From assembly GCA_963737635.1 (NCBI GenBank), contig CAVTTL010000001.1, positions 1,312,001 to 1,376,000 on the forward strand: a stretch of DNA of 64,000 nt, read 5' to 3'. Each line of letters opens with the position of its first letter. Positions within the stretch are counted from its first letter, which is position 1. The DNA is from an uncultured Methanoregulaceae archaeon (GTDB lineage Archaea > Halobacteriota > Methanomicrobia > Methanomicrobiales > Methanospirillaceae). Made by a program: the position numbers and the translations under genes. The notes under the pieces were generated by a model. That model saw only the letters and a program-made list of their open reading frames with translations, had not been told where the DNA came from and did not search any database. Positions 1 to 10,320 of the stretch are shown here, one piece after another.

Positions 1-962
1 CATGACAACCAGACCGCATCATGGTGTTCCCACTCAGCGGGCATGAAAAAGCCCAGCTTTCTTGGGGTGTCTCCTGCTCGGGGAATCGCTGCTGTGGCAT
101 CGTGTTCAGGCGCCCGTGCACAAACAGAGCCATAGGTGTCCGGGCGTCGGTTCCTGAAAAATCCCCATGAATCACGGATTGTTGAATTTGTCCCAAGATC
201 GATCTGTGCCGTGACTGTTTCATCGGCGTCACCTGCCCGGACGAGCAGTTTCCCAAACGCGTCACAGATAAACGATCCCCCGAAAAACCGGATATTGCCC
301 TCCTGACCTGTCCGGTTGACGGCAGCGATATGTACACTGTTGGCGATGGCATGGCTGCGCTGGATGAGCTCCCAGGCTTCCTGCCAGTCTCCTTCGGAAG
401 GTGGGTCTGTGCAAGGATTCCCGATTGCAGTCGGATAGAATATGATCTCCGCCCCGTCGAGGGCGACGCACCGCGCTGCTTCGGGAAACCATTGGTCGTA
501 ACAGATGAGAATGGCGATTTTCCCATATCCGGTATCGTGCACGGTATAGTGATCTCCGGGATAAAAGTAGCCTTTTTCAAAAAATTTCGGGTCTTGGGGG
601 ATGTGAACCTTGTGGTAAGATCGACGGAGATTCCCATCGGTGTCGATCACGACCGCTGCATTATAGAACTGCCCCGAGGAAGATCGTTCAAAGATCGGGA
701 CGATGATAACTACCGCATACTGGCGGGCGAGCCGGGCAAATGCCTGCGTCGATTCCCCGGGAATATGTTCGGCATAGTGCTCTACAGGTGTCCCTATCTG
801 CTGAGGGAAATACTGGGTACGGAACAATTCAGGAAGACAGATGAGCTGTGCTCCGTTCCGTGCAGCATTTTCAACCCGCGTAAGCGCCGTTTTGAGGTTC
901 TTGTCCGGGTCCGGTCCGACCTCCATCTGGATAAGGGCGACGGTTCGTATGGTGTGATTCAT
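1..962 (-). CDS. N-carbamoylputrescine amidase (nitrilase family) fused to agmatine deiminase; runs off the left edge
   Basis: Not in ORF track (no stop in window). Manual translation from ATG 962: MNHTIRTVALIQM..ICLPELF..YHKVHIP..LICYDQWFPEAAR (E-K-C nitrilase triad), continuing in frame into FFMPAEWEHHDAVWLS, the agmatine deiminase N-terminal motif. Confidence 0.9.
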   Translation of the reverse strand, partial: MNHTIRTVALIQMEVGPDPDKNLKTALTRVENAARNGAQLICLPELFRTQYFPQQIGTPVEHYAEHIPGESTQAFARLARQYAVVIIVPIFERSSSGQFYNAAVVIDTDGNLRRSYHKVHIPQDPKFFEKGYFYPGDHYTVHDTGYGKIAILICYDQWFPEAARCVALDGAEIIFYPTAIGNPCTDPPSEGDWQEAWELIQRSHAIANSVHIAAVNRTGQEGNIRFFGGSFICDAFGKLLVRAGDADETVTAQIDLGTNSTIRDSWGFFRNRRPDTYGSVCARAPEHDATAAIPRAGDTPRKLGFFMPAEWEHHDAVWLS

Positions 963-1103
963 ACACGAATACTCTTGCTTTAGAGGTTATTTCTCCATAA
1001 ATATCATGTTATCCAAATCGGATCTGTTTTCATGATATGGAGAAGATGAAAACGAAGAAGACCTTTTATAATTTCTTCCCCGGAAAAGCGATGCATTATT
1101 TCA

Positions 1104-3434
1104 TTATTCGCCGGGCTCTGGTACGGGATTTATAGATGAATGGTCGGCATCATTTTTCTTGGTACGGTGATTCCTCGCATCGAGCCATTCGGAGAACTGA
1201 CCCATGAGGGAGAGTACCGCCGGCATAATGAAAATGGCGCCGAGGAGTGAGAATCCCACGGCAATGAGGGTACAGACGCCGAAGTTACTCGTGATGGGGA
1301 AGCTGGCAAGGCAGAGAGCGGAGAACCCAAAGAAGGTCGCGAGACCGGAGACGGTAATAGCGGTGCCAATTCTTTTCACACTCTCCTGGATGGCGGCAAT
1401 ATGATCGTGCAGGCGCTCTTCCTCTTCGCTGTAGCGTTCCATCACGAGGATAGTGTATTCAGCCGCGACCCCGATCGTCATGGAGCCGAGAGTTGCGGTC
1501 AGCGGGGAGTAAGCGATACCGAGAATATACATCATTACCGAGTTCCAGCCGACGATAAAGACGATGGGTATCAGCGGGGATATCGCGTGGATGTGCCGGT
1601 AGACCAGGGCAAGGAAGATAAAGATCAGGGCGAATCCGAGATAAGTCATCTCGTCCTTGGATGAGGTCAACCCCCCGATGAGGGCGGTCATGATATCGAA
1701 TGACCCGACAGGCTGAATGGAGATACCGATGGGAGGCTGGAGAAAGGCGATATCGCTCACCATGACTTTCTTGAGATCTTCTTCCTGCGGGATCTGGAGA
1801 TTAGCCATACCGAACTCTACGACGCCACGTGTCGAACCGCTGAGGTACTGGTCTTTCACGCTGGCGGGTATTTTGTCAAGCGCTACGTCCACCTGATTCT
1901 GGGTCTGGGGCATCACACCGCCGTTGTAAGCCATGATGTACGTCACGATGCTTGTTGCCGAGGTAATTTGGGAATGGTGGCCGAGCTCATAATCCTGGAA
2001 TGTTTTGATCCATTGCAAGGTGTCAAGGTCGGTAACCCTGCTCCCTTGGATATAGAAGTCTGCTGTCGTTGTGGACCCGAGGACCCGGGTGACTTTATCC
2101 ATCTGGATCTTTGCCGGCATATTGCTGGGGACAAAGTTGTTCTGGTTCGCTTCGATGGGGATGAGCGGGTCGATCTGAAACCCGATCACGGCAATGAGGG
2201 CTGCAATCAGGAGGATCGGGACCGGGTTTTTGGCGATCTTGATGGAAGTATCGGTGAGGAACTGGCCGTAGGACCAGGATTTCTTCTGGGGTGTCGGGAG
2301 CGTATCGCAGGCCTCCTCGCCGACGGCGTAGCAGACCTCAGGGGTCTGTGGTTTGGGCTTATAGCGGATAATATGGGCAACGGCCGGTATACCTACGAGC
2401 GAGACGCAGTAGCAACTCATGATCCCGATCATGGCCACAAGGCCGAATGACTGGATCATGGGGACCGTGGAGATAAACATCGCCGCAAATCCTAGGGAGG
2501 TGGCGAGCATAGCGTACATCACGGCCGGCCCGGTCTTTGTGATGGTCGTATAGACTGCGTCATCAAGCGAGCCTTTGCGGGACTCCTCGTCAAGCCGTGC
2601 GTGGAACTGGATCGCGTAATCGATGCCAAGCCCGATCATGACCGGGAACGCCCCCATCACCGCCATGTTGAGCTGGATGCCGGCAAGACCCATCAGGCCA
2701 AGAGCAGTGCTGAGGCCCAGTCCCACGAAGACCACTGGAAGAAACCGGTAGCTGACGTAGGAGAAGAGAAGGCCCATGACGATTATCATCAGGATCATGG
2801 CGGCCCCGATCAGGATACCCATCTGGGAACCCATCGCCGCTTTCATCTGCGCAGTAAATGCCGGACTTCCGGAGACTTCGACCGTCACGCCAGCTGGTGG
2901 GTCCGACTGGTCGACTGCCAGCTGCACAGCGTCCAAGACCGAAGCCTCGGTGGCATCTGAAAGGCCGGGATCCAAGGGGAACTGCATCAGGCTGAGCACA
3001 TTGGATGGTACTATCGTTGTCTTGGTGGCGGCCGGGATCTCGTTGACGAGTGTATCAATCTCACCTTTTGACTGGGGCAGGACGCCGTTGTTCTCGCTTT
3101 TGAGGACATCCACGATGCTTGATGCGCCGGCAATGTGTTGCTGCTGACGGATGTCTGATTCGAGCCGGTTCATATAGGTGAGCACGGCGGGGCTCAATGG
3201 GTCGCTTGTCTCGATGATCAGAATGATAGAATCTTGGTTGAATGTGTTGGTAAATTCATTATTGACGACGCCTTCCGGTGAATTCTTGTTCATATAGGTG
3301 TCATTGCCAGTCTGCATGGTGATCATGGTCATGCCGACAAGGGCGATGATAAATATCACTCCAATGAGGGCAACGACCAGTTTCGGCCGGCGGTTGACAA
3401 GGTGAGCAATGGCACTAAAGATCTGATCGATCAT
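1104..3434 (-). CDS. RND/MMPL (HAE3-type) transporter
   Basis: 776 aa, two TM bundles plus two extracytoplasmic loops, GLGIDYAIQF and GVAAEYTIL motifs. Confidence 0.9.
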   Translation of the reverse strand: MIDQIFSAIAHLVNRRPKLVVALIGVIFIIALVGMTMITMQTGNDTYMNKNSPEGVVNNEFTNTFNQDSIILIIETSDPLSPAVLTYMNRLESDIRQQQHIAGASSIVDVLKSENNGVLPQSKGEIDTLVNEIPAATKTTIVPSNVLSLMQFPLDPGLSDATEASVLDAVQLAVDQSDPPAGVTVEVSGSPAFTAQMKAAMGSQMGILIGAAMILMIIVMGLLFSYVSYRFLPVVFVGLGLSTALGLMGLAGIQLNMAVMGAFPVMIGLGIDYAIQFHARLDEESRKGSLDDAVYTTITKTGPAVMYAMLATSLGFAAMFISTVPMIQSFGLVAMIGIMSCYCVSLVGIPAVAHIIRYKPKPQTPEVCYAVGEEACDTLPTPQKKSWSYGQFLTDTSIKIAKNPVPILLIAALIAVIGFQIDPLIPIEANQNNFVPSNMPAKIQMDKVTRVLGSTTTADFYIQGSRVTDLDTLQWIKTFQDYELGHHSQITSATSIVTYIMAYNGGVMPQTQNQVDVALDKIPASVKDQYLSGSTRGVVEFGMANLQIPQEEDLKKVMVSDIAFLQPPIGISIQPVGSFDIMTALIGGLTSSKDEMTYLGFALIFIFLALVYRHIHAISPLIPIVFIVGWNSVMMYILGIAYSPLTATLGSMTIGVAAEYTILVMERYSEEEERLHDHIAAIQESVKRIGTAITVSGLATFFGFSALCLASFPITSNFGVCTLIAVGFSLLGAIFIMPAVLSLMGQFSEWLDARNHRTKKNDADHSSINPVPEPGE

Positions 3435-3549
3435 GACAGTCCTGTCGTTAGGGGTTTAACTGGTGATTCTGAATATGGCATTCTTTTCACGCTTTATGTG
3501 GATCGTCCTACAGGCATCACTGCAGGGAGCTAACCTGGGTTAAAAAGGT

Positions 3550-4923
3550 TTACCGTGGTTTGAAGCGTTTGACGTAGATCACGTAACCGGCGATAGCGAG
3601 CACTATGAGGACGATAGCGATAAGGCCCGGGAGTCCGATCAGGGAGACGACGGTTTTAGTCGGTACCACTTCGACGTTAACCTTGAGGGGGTCGGAGGTG
3701 AACTGGTTATCGAGTGCATCGCGGTAGAGAACCTCGGAGTCCAGGCCGTATTCTTTCACGGTTGCATCCGGGTCGACAGAGACGGCAAAGGAAGCGGTGC
3801 GGATATCGCCCGGCGCCATCGTGCCCAGGAAGGCGGTATCGTCGTTGCTGGTAAAGGGGTCGACAGCACTGATCCGTGCCTCGGCGTTATAGGCAGTAAT
3901 GCCGCCGGTATTCTGGAACTGGACGGTAATGACGGCGTTAGCGCCGGGAGTAACGTTTGCCGCGATGGGGGTAACTGCAAAGTCGACTTTCTGGCCGACC
4001 GGGACCCCGATGGTCTCGATAGGCGAATCCACGTAGTCCCCTTCGTAATTCTTGTAGTAGACCAGTACGTCGAGGGGGTAGGTCTTCTGCTGGGCGTCGC
4101 TAGCTACCTGGGCCCGGAACGTGCAGTTGGCCACCGCCCCGACCGGGAAATCGCCGACATAGAAACTACCGTCGGTGGGGGTGACCGGGCTCTGGCCGTT
4201 CTGCTGGATCCGGATCACGGCGTTCTGGCCGTCGTCAGACCCGACATTCTTGACCGTTAAGAAAATATATCCTTCGATCCCGGCGTTCAGGCCTTCGGTC
4301 TGCACGCTGGGAACCGCGATCTGGACTTCGGGCTTAATCGTGATAGGGATGTCGATGGTCTCGTTGACGTTCTTGTACTGGTAGTTCAGGGTCTCGGTGC
4401 CTTCCTGGTTGGCCTGGTACAGGTACGTGTAATTCAGGACGACCGGGATCTGGTAGGTCCCTGCCGAGGCATACTGGTTGACCGTAATATGGAAGGTGGC
4501 GGTGGCGCTCGAACTTGCCGGGAGGTCCCCGACTATCTGGGGTGAGGCTTTGACCACCAGCGGGGCGTCCCCGGCGTCCAGCGTCGCGGTCAGCTGTTTT
4601 GCCGTGTTGGAGAGATCGCTCGGGCTGATGATGCCGGACTCGACGATCATAAACTGGTTGAGCCCGGTGTTCCCGATGACGACCTGGAGGTTCACATCGT
4701 CTCCCGGCGAAAACTCGTTGGTGCCGGCGATGTGCGCGTCCAACTGGGGGCTCCCGGCCATGATCTGGGTCCCGGCCATCACCGGCGATACGGCACAGAG
4801 TGCCAGTACGATAGAAATAAGGCACAGGAGCCGCGGCAGGCTGGTCCGATGCCTAAAAATACTCTGTACTGCCCCGGCATTATCCCCGTTTGCGGGGGGT
4901 AGAGATCGACTCCTCTTATCCAT
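3550..4923 (-). CDS. COG1361 S-layer-domain protein with C-terminal TM anchor
   Basis: Signal peptide, repeated Ig-like beta segments (YxLDV.V.Y, DDTAFLG), C-terminal TM plus basic tail; usual RND partner; start uncertain. Confidence 0.8.
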   Translation of the reverse strand: MDKRSRSLPPANGDNAGAVQSIFRHRTSLPRLLCLISIVLALCAVSPVMAGTQIMAGSPQLDAHIAGTNEFSPGDDVNLQVVIGNTGLNQFMIVESGIISPSDLSNTAKQLTATLDAGDAPLVVKASPQIVGDLPASSSATATFHITVNQYASAGTYQIPVVLNYTYLYQANQEGTETLNYQYKNVNETIDIPITIKPEVQIAVPSVQTEGLNAGIEGYIFLTVKNVGSDDGQNAVIRIQQNGQSPVTPTDGSFYVGDFPVGAVANCTFRAQVASDAQQKTYPLDVLVYYKNYEGDYVDSPIETIGVPVGQKVDFAVTPIAANVTPGANAVITVQFQNTGGITAYNAEARISAVDPFTSNDDTAFLGTMAPGDIRTASFAVSVDPDATVKEYGLDSEVLYRDALDNQFTSDPLKVNVEVVPTKTVVSLIGLPGLIAIVLIVLAIAGYVIYVKRFKPR

Positions 4924-5071
4924 GCAGATCCTCGAAAAAGTTGTATAAAGTTGAGTACAGGTTGAAATCCATATCATATATATCCCGATCATGTTTTTTC
5001 GTTCGATTGTCGTCATCATGCAATTTTACCCTCGTTTCCCCTGTGTTTCGCGATACATATGTTTCCCATAA

Positions 5072-6169
5072 TCATTCCAGAGTCCTCCTGAATGTGACAA
5101 TACCGAGGATGATCATGACCGATGAGAAGATCAAAAGCGCAATAAGATCAGTCCCGATCACATTGAGCCCCTGGTTCCTCAGGATGATGCTCCTCAATGC
5201 GTGGATACCGTAATATTCCGGATTAATAACCGTAATCCAACGCAACCACACCGGCATACCTATGACCGGGTAAAATGCGCCTGAGGTCATGAATAGCATG
5301 AGGTTGAAAAATGCAATTACCGAGGAGTACTCCTGTTGCGATGAGAAACGGGAGGCAAAAGAGACGACGAGGCTTGTTACCCCCATACAGGCAATAAGGA
5401 TGACGATGAGGACAAGTAAAAAGTCTTGGAAACTCTGGAGGGCGATGCCCGTGATCAGGAGATCTATCCAGAATATCGTAAACCCGGCGATAAAAGCCCT
5501 GACAGTTCCACTTGAAATGATCCCCATAACGATACTCGATCGTTTCACCGGAGTGACCAGGTAGCCTTCGTGAATGCCGTTCTCCCGATCTTTGATAAGC
5601 GCAATCCCGCCACCGAACATGGTGGAAGTGAAGATGGCCATCATGATCACACCAACACCAAAGAACTGGAGATAGGTAATATTCCCATAGATTTTATCGA
5701 CAATGACCGGGTTGTTTGCTCCAAGGGCCAGCAGGATCTGGTTTACCGCTGCTTCGACCAGCGGAGGAGTTACGGAATCCGAGCTGTCAACGTAGAGCCT
5801 TACGGCATTATTGTTTGATACTGATGAAGGAAATACAATAACCGCCGAGATTTTTCCATTCTCCAAGTCTTGTTTGGCCTGTACTTCATCGGTGTAAGTG
5901 ATGACATCCAGCTGTTTTTCTGCATCATTCTGGCTGCCTTGGCTGATATGGTTAAGCTGGTATGCGGCGTTTGTGAAGAGCGGAGTATCGTTGTAAGGTG
6001 GGACTTCCTGGACGACACCGACCGGGATGTGACTGATGGTTCCCCCGATCACGTTCCCGAAGACTATCAGGTACATGATGGGCATAAAAAGCGTCATCAT
6101 GATGATGAACGGATTGCTCAGGAACTTCTTGAAGTCCCGTTTGAAGATAGCAAGGGGCCCCCGCATCAC
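5072..6169 (-). CDS. ABC-2 type permease
   Basis: DRENG/TPV and SGAFYP..MP.WL..NP motifs, 6 TMs. Confidence 0.9.
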   Translation of the reverse strand: MMRGPLAIFKRDFKKFLSNPFIIMMTLFMPIMYLIVFGNVIGGTISHIPVGVVQEVPPYNDTPLFTNAAYQLNHISQGSQNDAEKQLDVITYTDEVQAKQDLENGKISAVIVFPSSVSNNNAVRLYVDSSDSVTPPLVEAAVNQILLALGANNPVIVDKIYGNITYLQFFGVGVIMMAIFTSTMFGGGIALIKDRENGIHEGYLVTPVKRSSIVMGIISSGTVRAFIAGFTIFWIDLLITGIALQSFQDFLLVLIVILIACMGVTSLVVSFASRFSSQQEYSSVIAFFNLMLFMTSGAFYPVIGMPVWLRWITVINPEYYGIHALRSIILRNQGLNVIGTDLIALLIFSSVMIILGIVTFRRTLE

Positions 6170-7296
6170 GATGACCGTCTCCTGCCTGGGCCGGGCGCAT
6201 CGTTCCCGTCCCCATTGCCACTGTCCAATCCCTTGCCAGTCAGATAGATGAAGATGTCCTCAAGTGAGGGGGATCGTATAGAGATGGAGATAATGGGAAT
6301 CTGAAATTTATCAAATACGGCAAGGATGGAGGGGATTACCTGGCTGCCATTCGTTGCCGAGATCATTACTTTATGCTCGACAACCGACACCGCGTTGACA
6401 AGATTGACGTTATGGATCGCCTCTTCTGCTAAGGGATACATCCGGTCAACGCCGATCTCGATAAGGTCACCTGCCGGGATCAGTTTCCGGAGGTTCTCCA
6501 GAGTATCAAGGGCAATAAGTTTGCCCCGTTCCACAAAAGCGATCCGGCCACAGAGTTTTTCCGCCTCGTCCATGTAGTGGGTGGTGAGAATGATCGTCGT
6601 ATGTTCCTTGTTGAGCATCACGATCTGCTGCCAAACTTCCCTGCGCGCCTCAGGGTCGAGGCCAATAGTAGGTTCGTCCAAGAAAAGGATGAGCGGACGG
6701 TGGATGAACGCCCGGACGATCTCGAGCTTGCGCTTCATGCCTCCCGAGAACGTGCCTACCGGCATGTACGCCCGGTCAGAGAGGCCGGCCATTTTCAGGA
6801 GTTCCCAGATCCGGTCCGGGAGGATGCTATCCGGGACGTTTTCGAGTTTTCCGTAGAATTCGAGGTTGTCGTAGGCAGTCAGTTCGGAATCGCTGGTGTA
6901 GTTCTGTGAGCAAACACCTATGATTTCCCGGATCTTCTCCGGATCTTTGGTAATATCGTAATTGTTGACGAATGCCTGTCCCGACGTTGGTGAGAGCAGG
7001 GTCGTAAGGATCCTGATAAGCGTGCTCTTTCCTGCACCATTTGCGCCGAGGAGTCCGAATATTTCCCCGTGTTTAACTTCAAAAGAGACATCGTTTACGG
7101 CAATCACGGTTTTTGTTTTGCTCGCAAAGACCTTGGAGAGATGCTCGATCCTTATGATCGCCGTCTCGTCATTACCGTCCCATCCACTTTGAACCACCGG
7201 TAAAGAACCAGATACAGTCCCTGCAGGCATTAGACCGATCGTATCATCATGCCGGCTATCATGTCCAAGGACTATTTCATGACCAAACAGACGCAT
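6166..7296 (-). CDS. ABC transporter ATP-binding protein (DrrA-like)
   Basis: GANGAGKS, FSGGMKRKLE, LFLDEPT, TTHY; start placed just after the MarR stop. Confidence 0.9.
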   Translation of the reverse strand: MRLFGHEIVLGHDSRHDDTIGLMPAGTVSGSLPVVQSGWDGNDETAIIRIEHLSKVFASKTKTVIAVNDVSFEVKHGEIFGLLGANGAGKSTLIRILTTLLSPTSGQAFVNNYDITKDPEKIREIIGVCSQNYTSDSELTAYDNLEFYGKLENVPDSILPDRIWELLKMAGLSDRAYMPVGTFSGGMKRKLEIVRAFIHRPLILFLDEPTIGLDPEARREVWQQIVMLNKEHTTIILTTHYMDEAEKLCGRIAFVERGKLIALDTLENLRKLIPAGDLIEIGVDRMYPLAEEAIHNVNLVNAVSVVEHKVMISATNGSQVIPSILAVFDKFQIPIISISIRSPSLEDIFIYLTGKGLDSGNGDGNDAPGPGRRRSS

Positions 7297-7301
7297 GCTT
7301 C

Positions 7302-7745
7302 TTACCCCGACTGGAGTTTTGAGAGGATCTGGTATGCATCTTCCAATGCTATACACAGCTTCCCGATATCAGTGTCGTTAAGACCTGCAAGGTTCTCCTT
7401 GAGATCCTTCCTGTACCAGTTAATCGATTGCCGGAGATATTTTTTTCCTTTCTCGGTAATCGCAAGGTTAATCACCCGGCGATCGGTGGGATCCGGATGG
7501 CGTTCCGCGAGACCATCAGTGATCATCAGGTCGGCAAGCCGGGTCATGTAAGGCCGGGAGATATAGAGGCAGCTCCCAATCTCTGACATAGGCATCGTTT
7601 TGTGTTTCATAAGTATGCCAAGAGTATGGAGCTGGGCTATCTGTATTCCGGTGATTGAGGGCCTGTGCCGGATGACGTTCTTGTAGTAGAGGGGAATAAG
7701 TGCAAGAAGTGCATCGGCAGCGCGGTCCCGCATATCTTCAGCCAT
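7302..7745 (-). CDS. MarR family regulator
   Basis: 147 aa wHTH with D.TDRR...ITEKG wing. Confidence 0.9.
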   Translation of the reverse strand: MAEDMRDRAADALLALIPLYYKNVIRHRPSITGIQIAQLHTLGILMKHKTMPMSEIGSCLYISRPYMTRLADLMITDGLAERHPDPTDRRVINLAITEKGKKYLRQSINWYRKDLKENLAGLNDTDIGKLCIALEDAYQILSKLQSG

Positions 7746-7774
7746 TTTAAGTTCAGGAATTAGTTTTGAAACTT

Positions 7775-7797
7775 AATAGTTAAATAAGTAAACTATT
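7775..7797. promoter_or_regulatory. Putative MarR operator AATAGTT-N9-AACTATT
   Basis: 7-bp inverted repeat overlapping the TATA region 30-50 nt upstream of marR. Confidence 0.55.
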
Positions 7798-7904
7798 CCG
7801 GAAGTGATTCGTTCGCAAAGACCGGGTCGTTCTCATGTGATGCATTCCTCGTTTAACGGGAGACTGGGGGAGGGTACATATGAAACGCAATACTACCAGA
7901 GGTA

Positions 7905-8537
7905 TCATGCAATATCGCTTGTCACAAACAGGGACGCGATCAGAACTGCCCCGAATGCGGCGATCACAAGACCTGCGAGACGGTTGATCAGGTGCAGGCG
8001 CTCACATGTCAGGTAACCCCGCATAGAACCCAGTGTCCCGCAGAGGAATATCCACCACCCCATCTCCCCAAGGAAAACGCCGATGACAAAGATCGCAGGG
8101 GCGACCCAGGTATTTCCGCTAATCACCACCCCAAAGTCCGGGATAATCATGGCAAAGAAGAGAATGGTTAGGGGGTTTGCCAGTGCAATGGCAAGCATCG
8201 TAGAATAATCGGCAATATAGGACTCGCTTTGGGGAGCCGTTGTTGCCTGAGGGGGCGGGGAAAAGAAGATGCGTATTCCCACTGCAATAAGCGCAAGCCC
8301 GCCAAACAACCGGAAGAACTGCTGGCGGGCGAACAGGAAATCGGAGATGAGTGCGAGGCCAAATGCAGTCACTGCCGCATAAAACGCATCGGCAGTCGCT
8401 ACGCCAAGCCCCGAGCTGATACCATGCGTGCGTCCATACGCTAGAGAGCGCTGGATACACACAAATGCTATCGGGCCGACCGGCGCTGCTAATACGATAC
8501 CGATGATGACACCATTGATAAAGAGTCCAGTATCCAT
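7905..8537 (-). CDS. LysE family translocator
   Basis: AAPVGP, G...G.G...AD, LANP motifs. Confidence 0.9.
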   Translation of the reverse strand: MDTGLFINGVIIGIVLAAPVGPIAFVCIQRSLAYGRTHGISSGLGVATADAFYAAVTAFGLALISDFLFARQQFFRLFGGLALIAVGIRIFFSPPPQATTAPQSESYIADYSTMLAIALANPLTILFFAMIIPDFGVVISGNTWVAPAIFVIGVFLGEMGWWIFLCGTLGSMRGYLTCERLHLINRLAGLVIAAFGAVLIASLFVTSDIA

Positions 8538-8772
8538 TGCTCGCCGTTCCCGGTGCGCCTATTGATGACGTGTCCTCCATTCAGTCAGGATCAGCGCAGA
8601 GAATTTCTGCGATGAGCGAGCTGACACGCCAAGGAACTGGTGTATTTGATCCTTCCTTAGGCGCATGTACCGTTATTTGTTGCATGCCCGGTATCATCAA
8701 TCTGTCACTTTATAGATGTCGCTTTATCAATATCCCCTGTGGGATTAATAGAAGATGACGGGAATGGGTTAT

Positions 8773-8994
8773 TTATGGACTTCCATTCATGAGAAAACGC
8801 CATGCAAGTCCGGCAATACAGATCACGGAACAAATCACAACTAGTGAGATATTAAATACTTTTTCACTCCCGGTCATGTCTGCCCAGCTGGATCGTTGCT
8901 TCTTTAGCAGATACCCGATAAACAGACCGATTGCGGTACCCGCCATGAGCCCGATCACCGTAACCATACCGATGGACAGAAAATCATCAGTCAT
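8773..8994 (-). CDS. Small two-TM membrane protein
   Basis: 73 aa, two hydrophobic helices, GGAGA SD-like upstream. Confidence 0.65.
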   Translation of the reverse strand: MTDDFLSIGMVTVIGLMAGTAIGLFIGYLLKKQRSSWADMTGSEKVFNISLVVICSVICIAGLAWRFLMNGSP

Positions 8995-9169
8995 CGAATC
9001 TCTCCATCGTTGGTTTGCGCTGCCGGGATATAAAGCACCGCGCGTCGCCGTTAATCTTAGCCTGCAGTGATTACGGTCTTTTCTACAGCCACGACCAATA
9101 TAAGGTTTTATCGTGCTTCGGACACAATAATACAGCCATATCGCGAATCTTTCCGCAGGAGCGTAGGGT

Positions 9170-10237
9170 ATGATTTCACTCCGGTTTTACCGCATCTATG
9201 ATATCGGGCGGGAGATCGATATCGACTGGCTCGAGAAGTCTCTTGCCCGGAATTATTTCACGGCCCGGTCGAGTTTTGTCCGGGTCAAGCCCAAATCCAT
9301 CATGATCGAATCGTCCCCGATCCTGATCCGTATGCTGCCAATTACGGTGGAGCGGGAAGGACGCTCGTTTGAATTCTCCGCGGTTGCCCGGGTTTATGAT
9401 ATCGGGGTCATCAGCCTCTGTTTCATTCACGAGAACCCGGAGGCAGATCATGACAAGCTCGAATACCTTGCGTTCCTGTTCGCCGGCCAGGAAGGGCTTT
9501 CGGATTTCTTCCTCCAGTATCTTTCTACGCTGGGTGAGATCATCAAGCCGCATATCAAAAATTTTGCCATCGATCCGGACTTCTACGAGGACTACACGAT
9601 TTATGTGACCGATCGGCGGGACGATTCAATCGATCCGGTGCCCCTTCTTCTTGGAGACCGGACCTGTGTATCCCCCCAGATCCGCGAAGACATCATAAAA
9701 AATTCTCTCAGTTATTCCGATGAGGACCTGGCGGTGATTTCGTGGGATTCTGCGCTCTTATGCGGTCCCGAGAGCCCGACAGATCTTATCGATCTTATCG
9801 AGTTTGCAAACGTGCAGGTGCTCGAACTGAGATACTATGACCGGGAGCTTACCCGCGAGATGGCGCGGATGTATGACGATATCGAGCATGCGGACCGGTT
9901 GTCTTGGTTCAGCCGGAGCCGCAAGTACCACTCCATTATGAAACACCAGATGAAGACGTCCGCGGAGATCTCGGAGACGATTGAAAAGGTTGATAACCTG
10001 ATCAAAGTGACCGAGGATATCTATTACGCCCGTGTCTATTCGGCCGCATTAAAGATCCTCCGCAGTGGTCAGTGGAGCGAGAGCGTTAGTAGGAAAATTA
10101 ATGTGATCCGCGAGAACTATTCGATGCTTTCTGATGAAGTTAGGATCGAGCACTCAAATTTCCTTGAGTGGGTGGTGATCCTCCTGATCGCATTCGAGAT
10201 TTCTGTAATGCTTTGGGAGCGTGCGTGGTCCTTGTGA
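9170..10237 (+). CDS. Conserved hypothetical protein, RMD1/DUF155-like
   Basis: 355 aa, AGGAG SD, C-terminal LEWVVILLIAFEI helix typical of this family. Confidence 0.65.
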   Translation: MISLRFYRIYDIGREIDIDWLEKSLARNYFTARSSFVRVKPKSIMIESSPILIRMLPITVEREGRSFEFSAVARVYDIGVISLCFIHENPEADHDKLEYLAFLFAGQEGLSDFFLQYLSTLGEIIKPHIKNFAIDPDFYEDYTIYVTDRRDDSIDPVPLLLGDRTCVSPQIREDIIKNSLSYSDEDLAVISWDSALLCGPESPTDLIDLIEFANVQVLELRYYDRELTREMARMYDDIEHADRLSWFSRSRKYHSIMKHQMKTSAEISETIEKVDNLIKVTEDIYYARVYSAALKILRSGQWSESVSRKINVIRENYSMLSDEVRIEHSNFLEWVVILLIAFEISVMLWERAWSL

Positions 10238-10320
10238 CGGAAGCACGTTTTCATATGAAAAGCAGGCTGGAATGTGACAACTCGTCGGCCTGAGAGATTT
10301 AAAACGCCGAGAAAAAAGAA

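Noticed and set aside
330-983. 217-aa plus-strand ORF
   Set aside because: Antisense shadow of the nitrilase/agmatine deiminase gene; no motifs of its own
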